Source: an uncultured bacterium (GTDB lineage Bacteria > Patescibacteriota > Saccharimonadia > UBA4664 > SCTI01). Taken from it: 64,000 bases of DNA. The notes beneath the pieces are model-generated. The model made no database searches. It had not been told where the DNA came from and saw nothing but the letters and a program-made list of their open reading frames with translations. A program made the position numbers and the translations under genes. Shown piece by piece: positions 1 to 8,151 of this stretch. Every line of letters starts with the position of its first letter. Position 1 is the first letter of the stretch. The DNA is taken from assembly GCA_963721685.1 (NCBI GenBank), contig CAVRJJ010000005.1:231943-295942 (forward strand), given 5' to 3'.

Positions 1-431
1 GTCTTGCCGAGTTTAAGCCGGATTTGGTGTTGATCGCGGTTGGCGCTAATGATGTAACCCGTCTGTCATCACCGCAAATGGTTAAGGCACGTTTGCAAAG
101 CCTTTGCGAGCGGTTGGTTGAAGCCAATCGAAACATAAAAATTGTAATTACGGGCGCGCCGGATATGGGTTCAATCCCGCGGTTCGCTCAACCCTTGCGC
201 GCCCTCGCGGGATTACGTACCAAGCAGATAAACCAACTGCTTTATCCTTGGATTACTCGCGCGGGTTTTACGTTGGCGCCGATCGCTCGCGACACCGGCC
301 CGGCTTTTCGAGAAGACCCCAGCTTATTTTGTGACGACCGCTTTCATCCCAACGGCCGGGGCTACGCACTGTGGCTGAAAACCATTAATCCCGCTCTTGA
401 CCATGCCCTGGAAGCGCAAAAAGCTAAGTAA
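1..431 (+). CDS. SGNH/GDSL-family hydrolase, 5' truncated at window edge
   Basis: Block III GAND and block V DRFHP motifs in ORF 24..431; frame open to the window start. Confidence 0.8.
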   Translation, partial: LAEFKPDLVLIAVGANDVTRLSSPQMVKARLQSLCERLVEANRNIKIVITGAPDMGSIPRFAQPLRALAGLRTKQINQLLYPWITRAGFTLAPIARDTGPAFREDPSLFCDDRFHPNGRGYALWLKTINPALDHALEAQKAK

Positions 432-526
432 TTTTGTAACATAATTGCTTGAATCGGCCAGGCGCCTATAGTACTGTGTCCCCCGTCCTAACTCAACCGG
501 GCTAAGGCCCACGGCAAGGAGGTTGT

Positions 527-832
527 ATGCGTTCGCATACCCCCAGGATCAGCAGCAGGTCTCTTCGCAGGATTCGCGGCGAGCGGTCGCGGATTTCCCG
601 GATAAGGTCGGGGATCACCAAGCACGGGGTCGCGAAGACCATCACGGCGGTGGGCGCTGGCGGGGCTTTGACCGTGATCGCACAGCGTCGGCTCGCAAAC
701 AGCGATCTCGGGATGAAGCTCGCAGACCTCGGCGGCAAGAGCGGCGACACGACGACCGCGCCCAATGGCTCCAAGCCCACTCGAACCCCCGCGTCGGCGT
801 CTGACACCACGGTTCCCAGCATTACCGGATAG
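527..832 (+). CDS. GC-rich orphan hypothetical protein
   Basis: AAGGAGG at 516-522 before ATG 527; GC-rich hairpin downstream at ~854-888; no recognisable domain. Confidence 0.5.
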   Translation: MRSHTPRISSRSLRRIRGERSRISRIRSGITKHGVAKTITAVGAGGALTVIAQRRLANSDLGMKLADLGGKSGDTTTAPNGSKPTRTPASASDTTVPSITG

Positions 833-961
833 CGCCTACCGGCTAGGACGCACGCGCACCCGGGGTCAACAGCCTCGGGTGCCGCGCCCATTTACGGTAT
901 AATTTTATTTACCCCTAGTTAGATAATTGCAGCACTAAAAGCTCAAGTAAGGAGCAAATTC

Positions 962-1992
962 TTGCATAAAAAAGGTATTTGGTTGGCGGCCGCGCTACTT
1001 ATTTTAGTGGTTGCGGCGTCCAGTGTATTTGCCTGGAAGAGCCAGGATAAAACAGCCATTAAGCCTTCTGGAAACCCCGCCGCGCCAAAGGTTGAAACGC
1101 CTGCTGACCCCTTAACGATTGAGGCGATGCGATCACGCCAGTACCCGGGGAGTGATATTGTGGTTGAGCAAACCCTCAGTAACCGCGGGACTTACCAGGA
1201 CGCCTTAATTTCGTATAAGTCCGACGGCCTTAAGATCCAGGCGCTGCAAAGCATTCCCAATACCCCTAAGCCGGCGGCTGGTTGGCCGGTCGTTATTTTA
1301 GACCACGGCTATATTCCCCCTACCCAGTACCAAACCTACAGTGAGGATTACCGGGAGTTTATCGCGGCCTTTACCGTGGCCGGCTTCATGGTAATAAAGC
1401 CGGATTACGGGGGCACGGACAAAGCGAGGGGAGCCCGGAAAGCGGCCATTTCGCGCCAGCTTACGCTTACGATAACTTGAACTTGATCGCCAGCTTGAAG
1501 CGCTACAACCAAGTAGACCCGAAGCGTATCGGCTTGCTTGGCCACAGTTTAGGCGGTCATGTCGCGCTTCGCACCCTTGTGGTGAGTAAAGACGTTAAGG
1601 CTACCGTTATGATGTCGGGTGTGGTTGGCTCGCTGGAAGACCTCATTTATAGTTGGCGGCGCACCCCTGCCTCCAGTGGCATTGCAACTGCAGTGCGGGG
1701 AGCCCGCCAGGCCTTAATTGAAAAGTATGGCGACCCCAAAGCTAATCCGGAGTTTTGGAACAGCGCTTCAGCCATAACGTATGTTGACGCCGTTACTGGC
1801 GCGGTCCAAGTTCACCACAGCGAAGGGGACAGCGTGGTTCCTTTATTGTTCTCCACCCATCTCACCGAAGCCTTGCAAAAGGCGGGAAAACCGGTTGAAG
1901 AGTTTGTGTACCCAGGCGACGACCATCAGTTTATCCAGAGCCGCCGCTTCTTTTTGCAGCGGACGGTGGCGTTCTACCAAGCCAAGCTGTAG
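962..1992 (+). CDS. Secreted S9-type alpha/beta hydrolase, split by a 1-bp frameshift near 1409
   Basis: Signal peptide and DHGY in ORF 962..1480; GHSLGG nucleophile, HSEGD and DDH in ORF 1477..1992; adding one C in tacgggggcac restores the conserved PDYRGHG. Confidence 0.8.
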
Positions 1993-2093
1993 TTATGATG
2001 ATTGCGTGAAGAGTTAATTTATGGTATTATAGTCTTCGTCTTGTAGGGCTTTCAACCTGAAAGCGTCACCATCGATCCGGAAGGCATTTGCCA

Positions 2094-2627
2094 ATGACAA
2101 CGTTGATTGACTTGCCGCAAAGCGAGGGAGCATCTGCGGCCACACGGGCCGCATCGTGCCTCGCCGAGCTGGCTAGCCGTAAGGGCAGCGATATCGTTCG
2201 CGTGCTGGTGCCCGAGGCGCCCGTGAAGTTCTACTTCTGGCCGGACCAAGGCCGACGGGCTGAACCTAAGTACATCCCGCTGACATGGACACAAGTCAGC
2301 AGGCTGAACGCCGGGGTCTTCACCCTGGTTCACCCGAACACGTTCGACCTGTCGAACGCCAGCAACAAGGATCGGGCAACCGCCGCCTCGTGGGCAAGAC
2401 ACATGCCCTTGAAGGCGCTCAAAGAAGCCGCGCCGCGCCTGAACGACGCGCAGCTCGCATCCTTCATCCGCCTGTTCGCGGCTAACCCGGCCGCCTTCGA
2501 GCACGGCCATGGCCTCCGCGTACAGGGGATCATCGTCGCGTATTTGAGTGTGCAGCGCCTGGAGTGGCTACACGGAGTGCTTCAGGGTGATGCCAAGATC
2601 TATCTGGGCAACATCATTCCGGACTAG
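2094..2627 (+). CDS. GC-rich orphan hypothetical protein
   Basis: Long ORF with GC-ending codons, GGAAGG upstream, and its own promoter-like TTGCGT...TGGTATTAT. Confidence 0.6.
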   Translation: MTTLIDLPQSEGASAATRAASCLAELASRKGSDIVRVLVPEAPVKFYFWPDQGRRAEPKYIPLTWTQVSRLNAGVFTLVHPNTFDLSNASNKDRATAASWARHMPLKALKEAAPRLNDAQLASFIRLFAANPAAFEHGHGLRVQGIIVAYLSVQRLEWLHGVLQGDAKIYLGNIIPD

Positions 2628-2771
2628 CACCCACAAGACGACGCGCCTGGGAGGATTCACATCTCCCGGGTGCTGCCCCTAAGCAATAATTTACATGTAT
2701 ATAAAGACTGGTTGGGCCCCCGGAGGGCACCCGCCATGCTGGTGGCACGGCGGGGCCTCGCGGGAGCGGGG

Positions 2772-3254
2772 TCAGGGGAGAACGGGCTTGATGCCGCCGG
2801 TCTTGGGGTCGGTGGGCGACTCCGTTTCGGCAGCGGCACCACCGGTGAGACGCGGTACGTCGATGCACTCCTTGAGCTCGCTAAGCTTGCCGCGCACGAA
2901 GCGGACGTAGAGAATCGTGACGTAGCCGCCACGCTTCAGTCCAACCCAGGTACGCGCGCTGCGCTTGCTGCCCGGCTTCTTGACGCGTTCGTCCTTGAAG
3001 CGGCAGTCGGCCCGAACCGCACCATTCGGCAGGGTGCCGAGCTGCCGCGACATGGTGGTTGTCGAAGACCGGATGAACACATCTGTGCCGGTTGCCTGAA
3101 CCATGACCGGTGTTGCGGCTTGAGCGGTGTAGAGGTAGCCGGCCTTGATCAGCGGTGTCAACACGAGGATGATGAGCACCCAAGCCACGGCAGCGAGGAT
3201 CAGCAGGTCACGTGCTATGACCAGCTTTGACCTATTCCAGAACTTTTCGGACAA
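2772..3254 (-). CDS. Membrane-anchored protein with possible bacterial SH3-like domain
   Basis: N-terminal TM helix; FIRS...LGTLPNG...W...GGYV pattern; AGGGGGAGG SD and TTGCAA-17-TATGAT promoter on the minus strand. Confidence 0.6.
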   Translation of the reverse strand: MSEKFWNRSKLVIARDLLILAAVAWVLIILVLTPLIKAGYLYTAQAATPVMVQATGTDVFIRSSTTTMSRQLGTLPNGAVRADCRFKDERVKKPGSKRSARTWVGLKRGGYVTILYVRFVRGKLSELKECIDVPRLTGGAAAETESPTDPKTGGIKPVLP

Positions 3255-3396
3255 CAGGGACCTCCCCCTTGGTGTGATTGCCTTATGTCAAACTGAATGT
3301 GCGTCACGTAAGGCAGGCGTAACGACTCTATATCATAGCATAAATTTGTATCTTTTGCAACTGCTATTAGCACAGCAGACTGTTACAATTGTGTTT

Positions 3397-4278
3397 ATGA
3401 ATCTACCGCTAGGCCAGCCCGTTACGTTCTTAAGCACCGACCAGCTGGAGCTTCAGGGATTGTTGTTTGGAAATCCCAAAGCCGCAACCGCCCATATTGT
3501 TATCCACGGGCTTGGCGGCGATGTGTTTTCGCAAATTGAAACAATCGCTCACCTGGCCAGCAACGACGTTCAAGTTTTATTCTTTAACAATCGCGGCCAC
3601 GATACCATTACACGGTTTAAGCGCCTAGATGCATCAGCCCCAAAAGGTTACCAGTCTGAAACGATTGGCGCGGCCCACGAGGTGTTTACCGATTGCGTCC
3701 ACGATATTCAAGGGGCGGTTAATTTTCTGGAAGAACAAGGGGCAGAAACTATCCAACTTACTGGCCACTCCACCGGCTGCCAAAAGACTGTTTATTATTT
3801 AAGCCAGCAGCCAAGTAAAAGTGTTAAAGGCGCCACCCTGCTGTGCACGATAAGCGACTACGCTAGCTTTATAGCTACCGAAGATGAGGCGACCCGCATC
3901 AAGGCAACCGATTTGGCAAAGAAGCTGGTAAAAGAGGGAAGACCGCACGAGCTCCTGCCGCTGGACGTGTGGCCGGAGATGCATGATGCCCAGCGCTTTT
4001 TAAGTTTGTTCACGCCTGAATCAACTGAAGAGATTTTCAGCTACGCCGTGCCGGACAAAGCTCCGGAAATCCTGCAATCAGTTAAAGTCCCTCTAAAAAT
4101 TGTCCTGGCGGAGAAGGATGAATACGCCGACCGCCCGGCGAGTGAAATTGCCGCGTGGTTTAAAAAAATGATGCCCGAAGATCAAATTGAGATAGAAATT
4201 ATTGAAGGCGCCGGACATAATTTGGAGAGGAAAGGCGCGCTGGGGATAATAATGGTCAAGCTTGATGCTAAAAAATGA
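3397..4278 (+). CDS. Alpha/beta hydrolase (DUF1749-like)
   Basis: IHGLGG oxyanion motif, GHSTG nucleophile, GAGH; start moved to ATG 3397, 7 nt after TACAAT. Confidence 0.8.
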   Translation: MNLPLGQPVTFLSTDQLELQGLLFGNPKAATAHIVIHGLGGDVFSQIETIAHLASNDVQVLFFNNRGHDTITRFKRLDASAPKGYQSETIGAAHEVFTDCVHDIQGAVNFLEEQGAETIQLTGHSTGCQKTVYYLSQQPSKSVKGATLLCTISDYASFIATEDEATRIKATDLAKKLVKEGRPHELLPLDVWPEMHDAQRFLSLFTPESTEEIFSYAVPDKAPEILQSVKVPLKIVLAEKDEYADRPASEIAAWFKKMMPEDQIEIEIIEGAGHNLERKGALGIIMVKLDAKK

Positions 4279-4317
4279 GCTGTTATAATTTTTGTATTAG
4301 TAGTAAGGAGCGGTGAC

Positions 4318-4425
4318 ATGAGCGAATTATTGCATAAGGTGCTTACGGACTTGTCTGCTAGAGAAGATATTTCAATTCAAGCCGTTGTTGCAGGTATTGA
4401 GAAAAGATATTCTCCCTGGTACTAG
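4318..4425 (+). CDS. 35-aa peptide MSELLHKVLTDLSAREDISIQAVVAGIEKRYSPWY; candidate precursor for the adjacent prenyltransferase-cyclase
   Basis: Not in the ORF track; AAGGAG SD at 4305-4310, TGTTATAAT extended -10 at 4281-4289, terminator hairpin just downstream. Confidence 0.6.
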   Translation: MSELLHKVLTDLSAREDISIQAVVAGIEKRYSPWY

Positions 4426-4427
4426 GC

Positions 4428-6344
4428 ATAGTCGAAATAGCAAAAACTAAAGCCATAAAAAAAGCAGTCCAAGAAGGGCTGCTTTTTTTACAGAGTGCCC
4501 AGAGGGAAGATGGGGGCTTTGACTGTGAAGCAACAACTAATGTATCTAGCTTTTTGAATAGCAGAATTCATAAAACACCTTTTTTTACAGCATTAATTTT
4601 GTCCGCGCTCAATGAGCCGCTAGATACTGATTTGCTTGGAAGCAAGGGAGTGAATTTTTTGCTAAAAAACAGAAGTTCAGTATGGTCGTGGAACTATTGG
4701 GAACGCGATTCGAAAGACTATAGTAGTCGGGCATACCCCGATGACCTAGATGATACATTTTGTGCTTTGGCGGCGGTAATGATTCACAAGCCTCAGAAAA
4801 TTGACGGGGCTGCCCAAGCGGCTCTAGCAAAGATGCTTATTGCAACTGAGAAGCAGCCTAGCGGACCTTATAAAACATGGTTGATAGATGCGAATGCTGG
4901 GTCAGATTGGTTGGATGTAGATATTGCTGTTAATGCCAATATAGGGTTTATGCTTGGAATGCTGGACGTCAAACTCAGAGGCCTAAAGGAATTCATTGAT
5001 GATGCTATAATAAGGAATAAGCTAAGCTCAAGATACTACATAGGCCAAGCTCCTATTATTTACTTTGTCTCTCGAAATTATAAAGGAGCACAAAGTGAGC
5101 TTTTAAAGCAAAAAGTTATAGAGGGGCTATTAAATGGATCTGAAGATTGCATAACTACTGCGATGCTTGTTTCGGCTGGATGTAATTTGAAAATTAATTC
5201 TGCTGAGCTTTCTCGGGCAATTGAAAGAATATTAATTCAGCAAGAACAAGGTATTTGGCCGGCCAATGCTCTTTACTACGAGCCTCCAATTAAAAAAATC
5301 AATTATTATGCTGGATCCAGTAGCCTTACAACAGCGCTCAGTATTGAGGCGTTACGAGCATATACTAAACTTTTATCTCTTAGTGAAAGCAAAGTATCCG
5401 TAATGTTGAGCAAAAACAAATCTTTTGTTCAACAAGCAATTTCGCAAATAGAATTAGCTAACACAGAAGTTATGAAAGAGTACGAAAAGGTTGCTTTTAT
5501 TGTGGCCTCAAAAGATCACGACCGGCAAATAATGAGTATTGCTAATGTCGTATCCGAAGCATTTCATATAGAGCTTGATCCAGCTATTGTTTTCGCGCTT
5601 AATTCCGCAAGTCTCAATGGATGGATTGCTTATTCGATTTACGACGACTTTATTGACGACGAAGGCAGCTCAAAGTTGATGGGTGTAGCAAATGTTGCTC
5701 ATCGATCCATGTTAAACAATTTTATTACAGCAGTGCCAAATGAAAAATTTCAAAAGCTTGTTTCGTCAACACTTAATCGAATGGATGAAGCAAATACTTG
5801 GGAAGCAGTGCGTACTCGCATGAGTCTGGTTAGCGGTAAAGTTAAATGGAAAGACCTGCCCAATTATGAAAATTTATCTCAGTTAGCACAACGTTCATCT
5901 GGCCATGCGCTTGGTGCACTTGGAGTGCTTTTTTTGTCAAGATTTAAAAATGATGAAGATATATTCTATATGCAAAAGTACTTTTATCATTTTCTTATTT
6001 CCCGTCAGTTAAATGATGATGCACATGACTGGTGGGATGATTTATCAAAAGGACATTTTACATCCACTGTAGCTTCGCTGATGAAAAAGTGGGGTAAGAA
6101 TGAAGTAGACCTTGCAAACGACCACGGCCAACTTTCAAATTTATTTTGGAATGAAGAAATCCCTCATACCGTAAGTATTATCAACTATCATGTCGGTAAA
6201 GCCAGAAAATCGCTTGAAGCAATGCCACATATAGTTAACAAAGTAACTTTAGCGGACTGGGTGGATAGACTTGAGTCATCCGGGAAAGCTGCCTTAAAGG
6301 CCAGGGAGGATGCGACGGTATTCATAAGGAGCTTCATGGCTTAA
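4428..6344 (+). CDS. Fused class II terpene-cyclase-like / class I isoprenoid-synthase-like (ComQ-like) protein
   Basis: Frame open upstream of 4554 and encodes QW-like LFLQSAQREDGGF; YPDDLDDT (DxDD) and DVDIAVNANI in the N-terminal half; IYDDFIDDE (DDxxD) and RQLNDDAHDW in the C-terminal half; start uncertain (ATA 4428 proposed, TTG 4554 in track); low GC. Confidence 0.75.
   Translation: MVEIAKTKAIKKAVQEGLLFLQSAQREDGGFDCEATTNVSSFLNSRIHKTPFFTALILSALNEPLDTDLLGSKGVNFLLKNRSSVWSWNYWERDSKDYSSRAYPDDLDDTFCALAAVMIHKPQKIDGAAQAALAKMLIATEKQPSGPYKTWLIDANAGSDWLDVDIAVNANIGFMLGMLDVKLRGLKEFIDDAIIRNKLSSRYYIGQAPIIYFVSRNYKGAQSELLKQKVIEGLLNGSEDCITTAMLVSAGCNLKINSAELSRAIERILIQQEQGIWPANALYYEPPIKKINYYAGSSSLTTALSIEALRAYTKLLSLSESKVSVMLSKNKSFVQQAISQIELANTEVMKEYEKVAFIVASKDHDRQIMSIANVVSEAFHIELDPAIVFALNSASLNGWIAYSIYDDFIDDEGSSKLMGVANVAHRSMLNNFITAVPNEKFQKLVSSTLNRMDEANTWEAVRTRMSLVSGKVKWKDLPNYENLSQLAQRSSGHALGALGVLFLSRFKNDEDIFYMQKYFYHFLISRQLNDDAHDWWDDLSKGHFTSTVASLMKKWGKNEVDLANDHGQLSNLFWNEEIPHTVSIINYHVGKARKSLEAMPHIVNKVTLADWVDRLESSGKAALKAREDATVFIRSFMA
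4457..4489 (+). terminator. Intrinsic terminator-like hairpin inside the 5' end of the cyclase reading frame
   Basis: AAAAAAAGCAGTCC-AAGAA-GGGCTGCTTTTTTT: GC-rich stem followed by T7. Confidence 0.6.
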
Positions 6345-6437
6345 TTTGTCTGCCTGGACTGAGAGAGCGACCGCTCCTGATCGTTTTTGACGCTCACACA
6401 CATTGTGCGATAAAGTCTCATGGACGAAGGTTGATTC

Positions 6438-6483
6438 TTGATTTTTATACAATTTTATGTTATCATGTCCTAGCTCTTTAACA
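6438..6483 (+). promoter_or_regulatory. Sigma70-type promoter of the DGR target gene followed by a boxA-like sequence
   Basis: TTGATT (6438)-17 nt-TATCAT (6461); AGCTCTTTAACA at 6472-6483. Confidence 0.55.
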
Positions 6484-6612
6484 GATCGCTACTTGCTTAG
6501 CCGTAGCTTCAGGGTCAGGTATACCCCGGTTCTTAAGCTGCGGCTAGCACAGTGCGGCACATCCAACGGCAGGCTGTAGACTCTGGCAATCCGCCAAAGT
6601 AGGCAGTAGGCC

Positions 6613-7260
6613 ATGACCAAGGAGGGCATCGTGCCCAGCAGCACCCAGATCAGCGGCTTCAACGTCGCCGCCCGCAACTACCAGAAGCTGGTGGAAGCAG
6701 TGATGAATCTCGGCGGTGGCGATGAGGCCATGAACCTCATCTTCAGCGATGCCGAGCTGCGCCACAAGCTGGCGGAGCTCCTCGTGGGTCAGGCTGGCTC
6801 GACCGCCGATCCTGGCACCGTCATCGGCCAGTTGATACTGACCGTCGATTACGGCTTCTCCGTGGAGGACAAGGTCGTGGGTGGCCACTATGACGGCTAC
6901 GTCAACCCTGCCATCACCTCGGTCAACTTCCCGCATCAGCGCGAAGGCGTCGAAAAGGTGACGCTCAGCTTTGTCAAGTTCGCCAGGGCGGGAACCACCG
7001 AAGAGCGTGAGCGTGCGCTGCTCGTGCACGGCGACCCGACCGACATGCATGACATGCTCGCTACCGGGATCAAGTATCCCGACGAGCAGCGGAAGTATCC
7101 GCTGGTCTTCCTCGGCGCTTCGTGGGTCCACCCCGATGGCAGCCGCAGGGTCGGTTGCCTCGGCGGTGACGGTGACGTCCGGGGCTGCTACCTGGATTGG
7201 ACGAGTCCGCAGGACGAGTGGTACCCGGGCTACGTTTTCGCGGTTCGCGCTCGCAAGTAG
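6613..7260 (+). CDS. DGR target protein with C-terminal variable region (probable CLec-like fold)
   Basis: Last ~47 codons are the VR; no signal peptide or TM segment seen. Confidence 0.92.
   Translation: MTKEGIVPSSTQISGFNVAARNYQKLVEAVMNLGGGDEAMNLIFSDAELRHKLAELLVGQAGSTADPGTVIGQLILTVDYGFSVEDKVVGGHYDGYVNPAITSVNFPHQREGVEKVTLSFVKFARAGTTEERERALLVHGDPTDMHDMLATGIKYPDEQRKYPLVFLGASWVHPDGSRRVGCLGGDGDVRGCYLDWTSPQDEWYPGYVFAVRARK
7115..7258 (+). repeat. DGR variable repeat (VR)
   Basis: 144-bp ungapped match to 7618-7761 with 18 mismatches, all opposite A in TR; last 28 bp identical (IMH region). Confidence 0.96.
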
Positions 7261-7315
7261 TGCCCTTCGACTCTGGGATCCTTGGGGCTTCATCTCCCCT
7301 TGGATCCTTGGGTAC

Positions 7316-7369
7316 GCGGCTTCGTGCCGCTTCTATCGCCTTTGGGTGACGGGAGCGGCTGGAGCCGCT
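7316..7369 (+). other. Two GC-rich hairpins downstream of VR (candidate target-recognition hairpins or terminator)
   Basis: GCGGC-TTCGT-GCCGC (7316-7330) and AGCGGC-TGGA-GCCGCT (7354-7369). Confidence 0.45.
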
Positions 7370-7617
7370 TTCCATGTAATGTTATTATCATTGCGGATAG
7401 TAGATGATTCTGTTGGTGGTTACGGCTGCCAGCGATTGAACTCTAGGCAGCTGGGTAAGACAGAATGTTAGTCAACATAGTTGGCGGCAGAGATCGCCCG
7501 CCCGCTTTATAGTAATACTACTTGGTGCTGGCTATTGGTGGAGTATATCCCAAGTGAAATACAGCCATTTTCGAGTAATCGAAAGGCAGTGGTATAGGTG
7601 ATAGCCGGTACAAGAGA

Positions 7618-7761
7618 GCGCTTCGTGGGTCAACCCCGATGGCAACCGCAAGGTCGGTTACCTCAACAGTGACGGTGACATCCGGAACTGCAACCTGAAT
7701 TGGACGAATCCGCAGAACAAGTGGAACCCGAACTACGTTTTCGCGGTTCGCGCTCGCAAGT
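7618..7761 (+). ncRNA. DGR template repeat (TR)
   Basis: Adenine-rich non-coding copy of VR; 10 AAC/AAT codons in the VR frame and no A at third codon positions. Confidence 0.96.
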
Positions 7762-7769
7762 CTTATTTA

Positions 7770-8151
7770 CTAAGTCTCGTTGTCGGTGGCATGCAATTGC
7801 TTTCGCCACCCGCCGAGCATTTTGCCAACCTCATCAAGCGGTTCGCTGAGGCGTAAGTACTTTTTATTGTCCAACGCCTTAACCTCCCAGGCTATCTGTA
7901 AAAAGAACTTGAGGGCGTCAAGCTTGGTGCTAGCGCGCTGCACTATAGCAGCTTTTTGCGATTTTGGTGCGTAGCCAGCAAGCAAGATGTACTCGATGGT
8001 ATCGGCAAAGAGCGTGTCAATTTTAGCTCCTAATGTGTAGCGCGAAAGACGTGGGAAATCGGCTAAGAAGCGATGCCATAGCTTATAGGCATCGGTGCAT
8101 TTTTGGAGGACTGGTAAATCGGAAAAACTCCGGGGGGGCGCTTACGGGCAT
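7770..8151 (-). CDS. avd: Avd-like four-helix-bundle accessory protein; start out of frame across a G7 tract
   Basis: Open frame 7770-8141 reads DLPVLQK..YKLW..FPRLSRYTLGAKID..KLDALKFFLQIAWE..EVGKMLGGW; nearest ATG (8151-8149) is one base out of frame. Confidence 0.85.

Noticed and set aside
8033-8149. 39-aa N-terminal extension of the RT
   Set aside because: It is the antisense of conserved avd codons; RT-like sequence begins at MKTLIQ (8150), although an upstream start cannot be fully excluded
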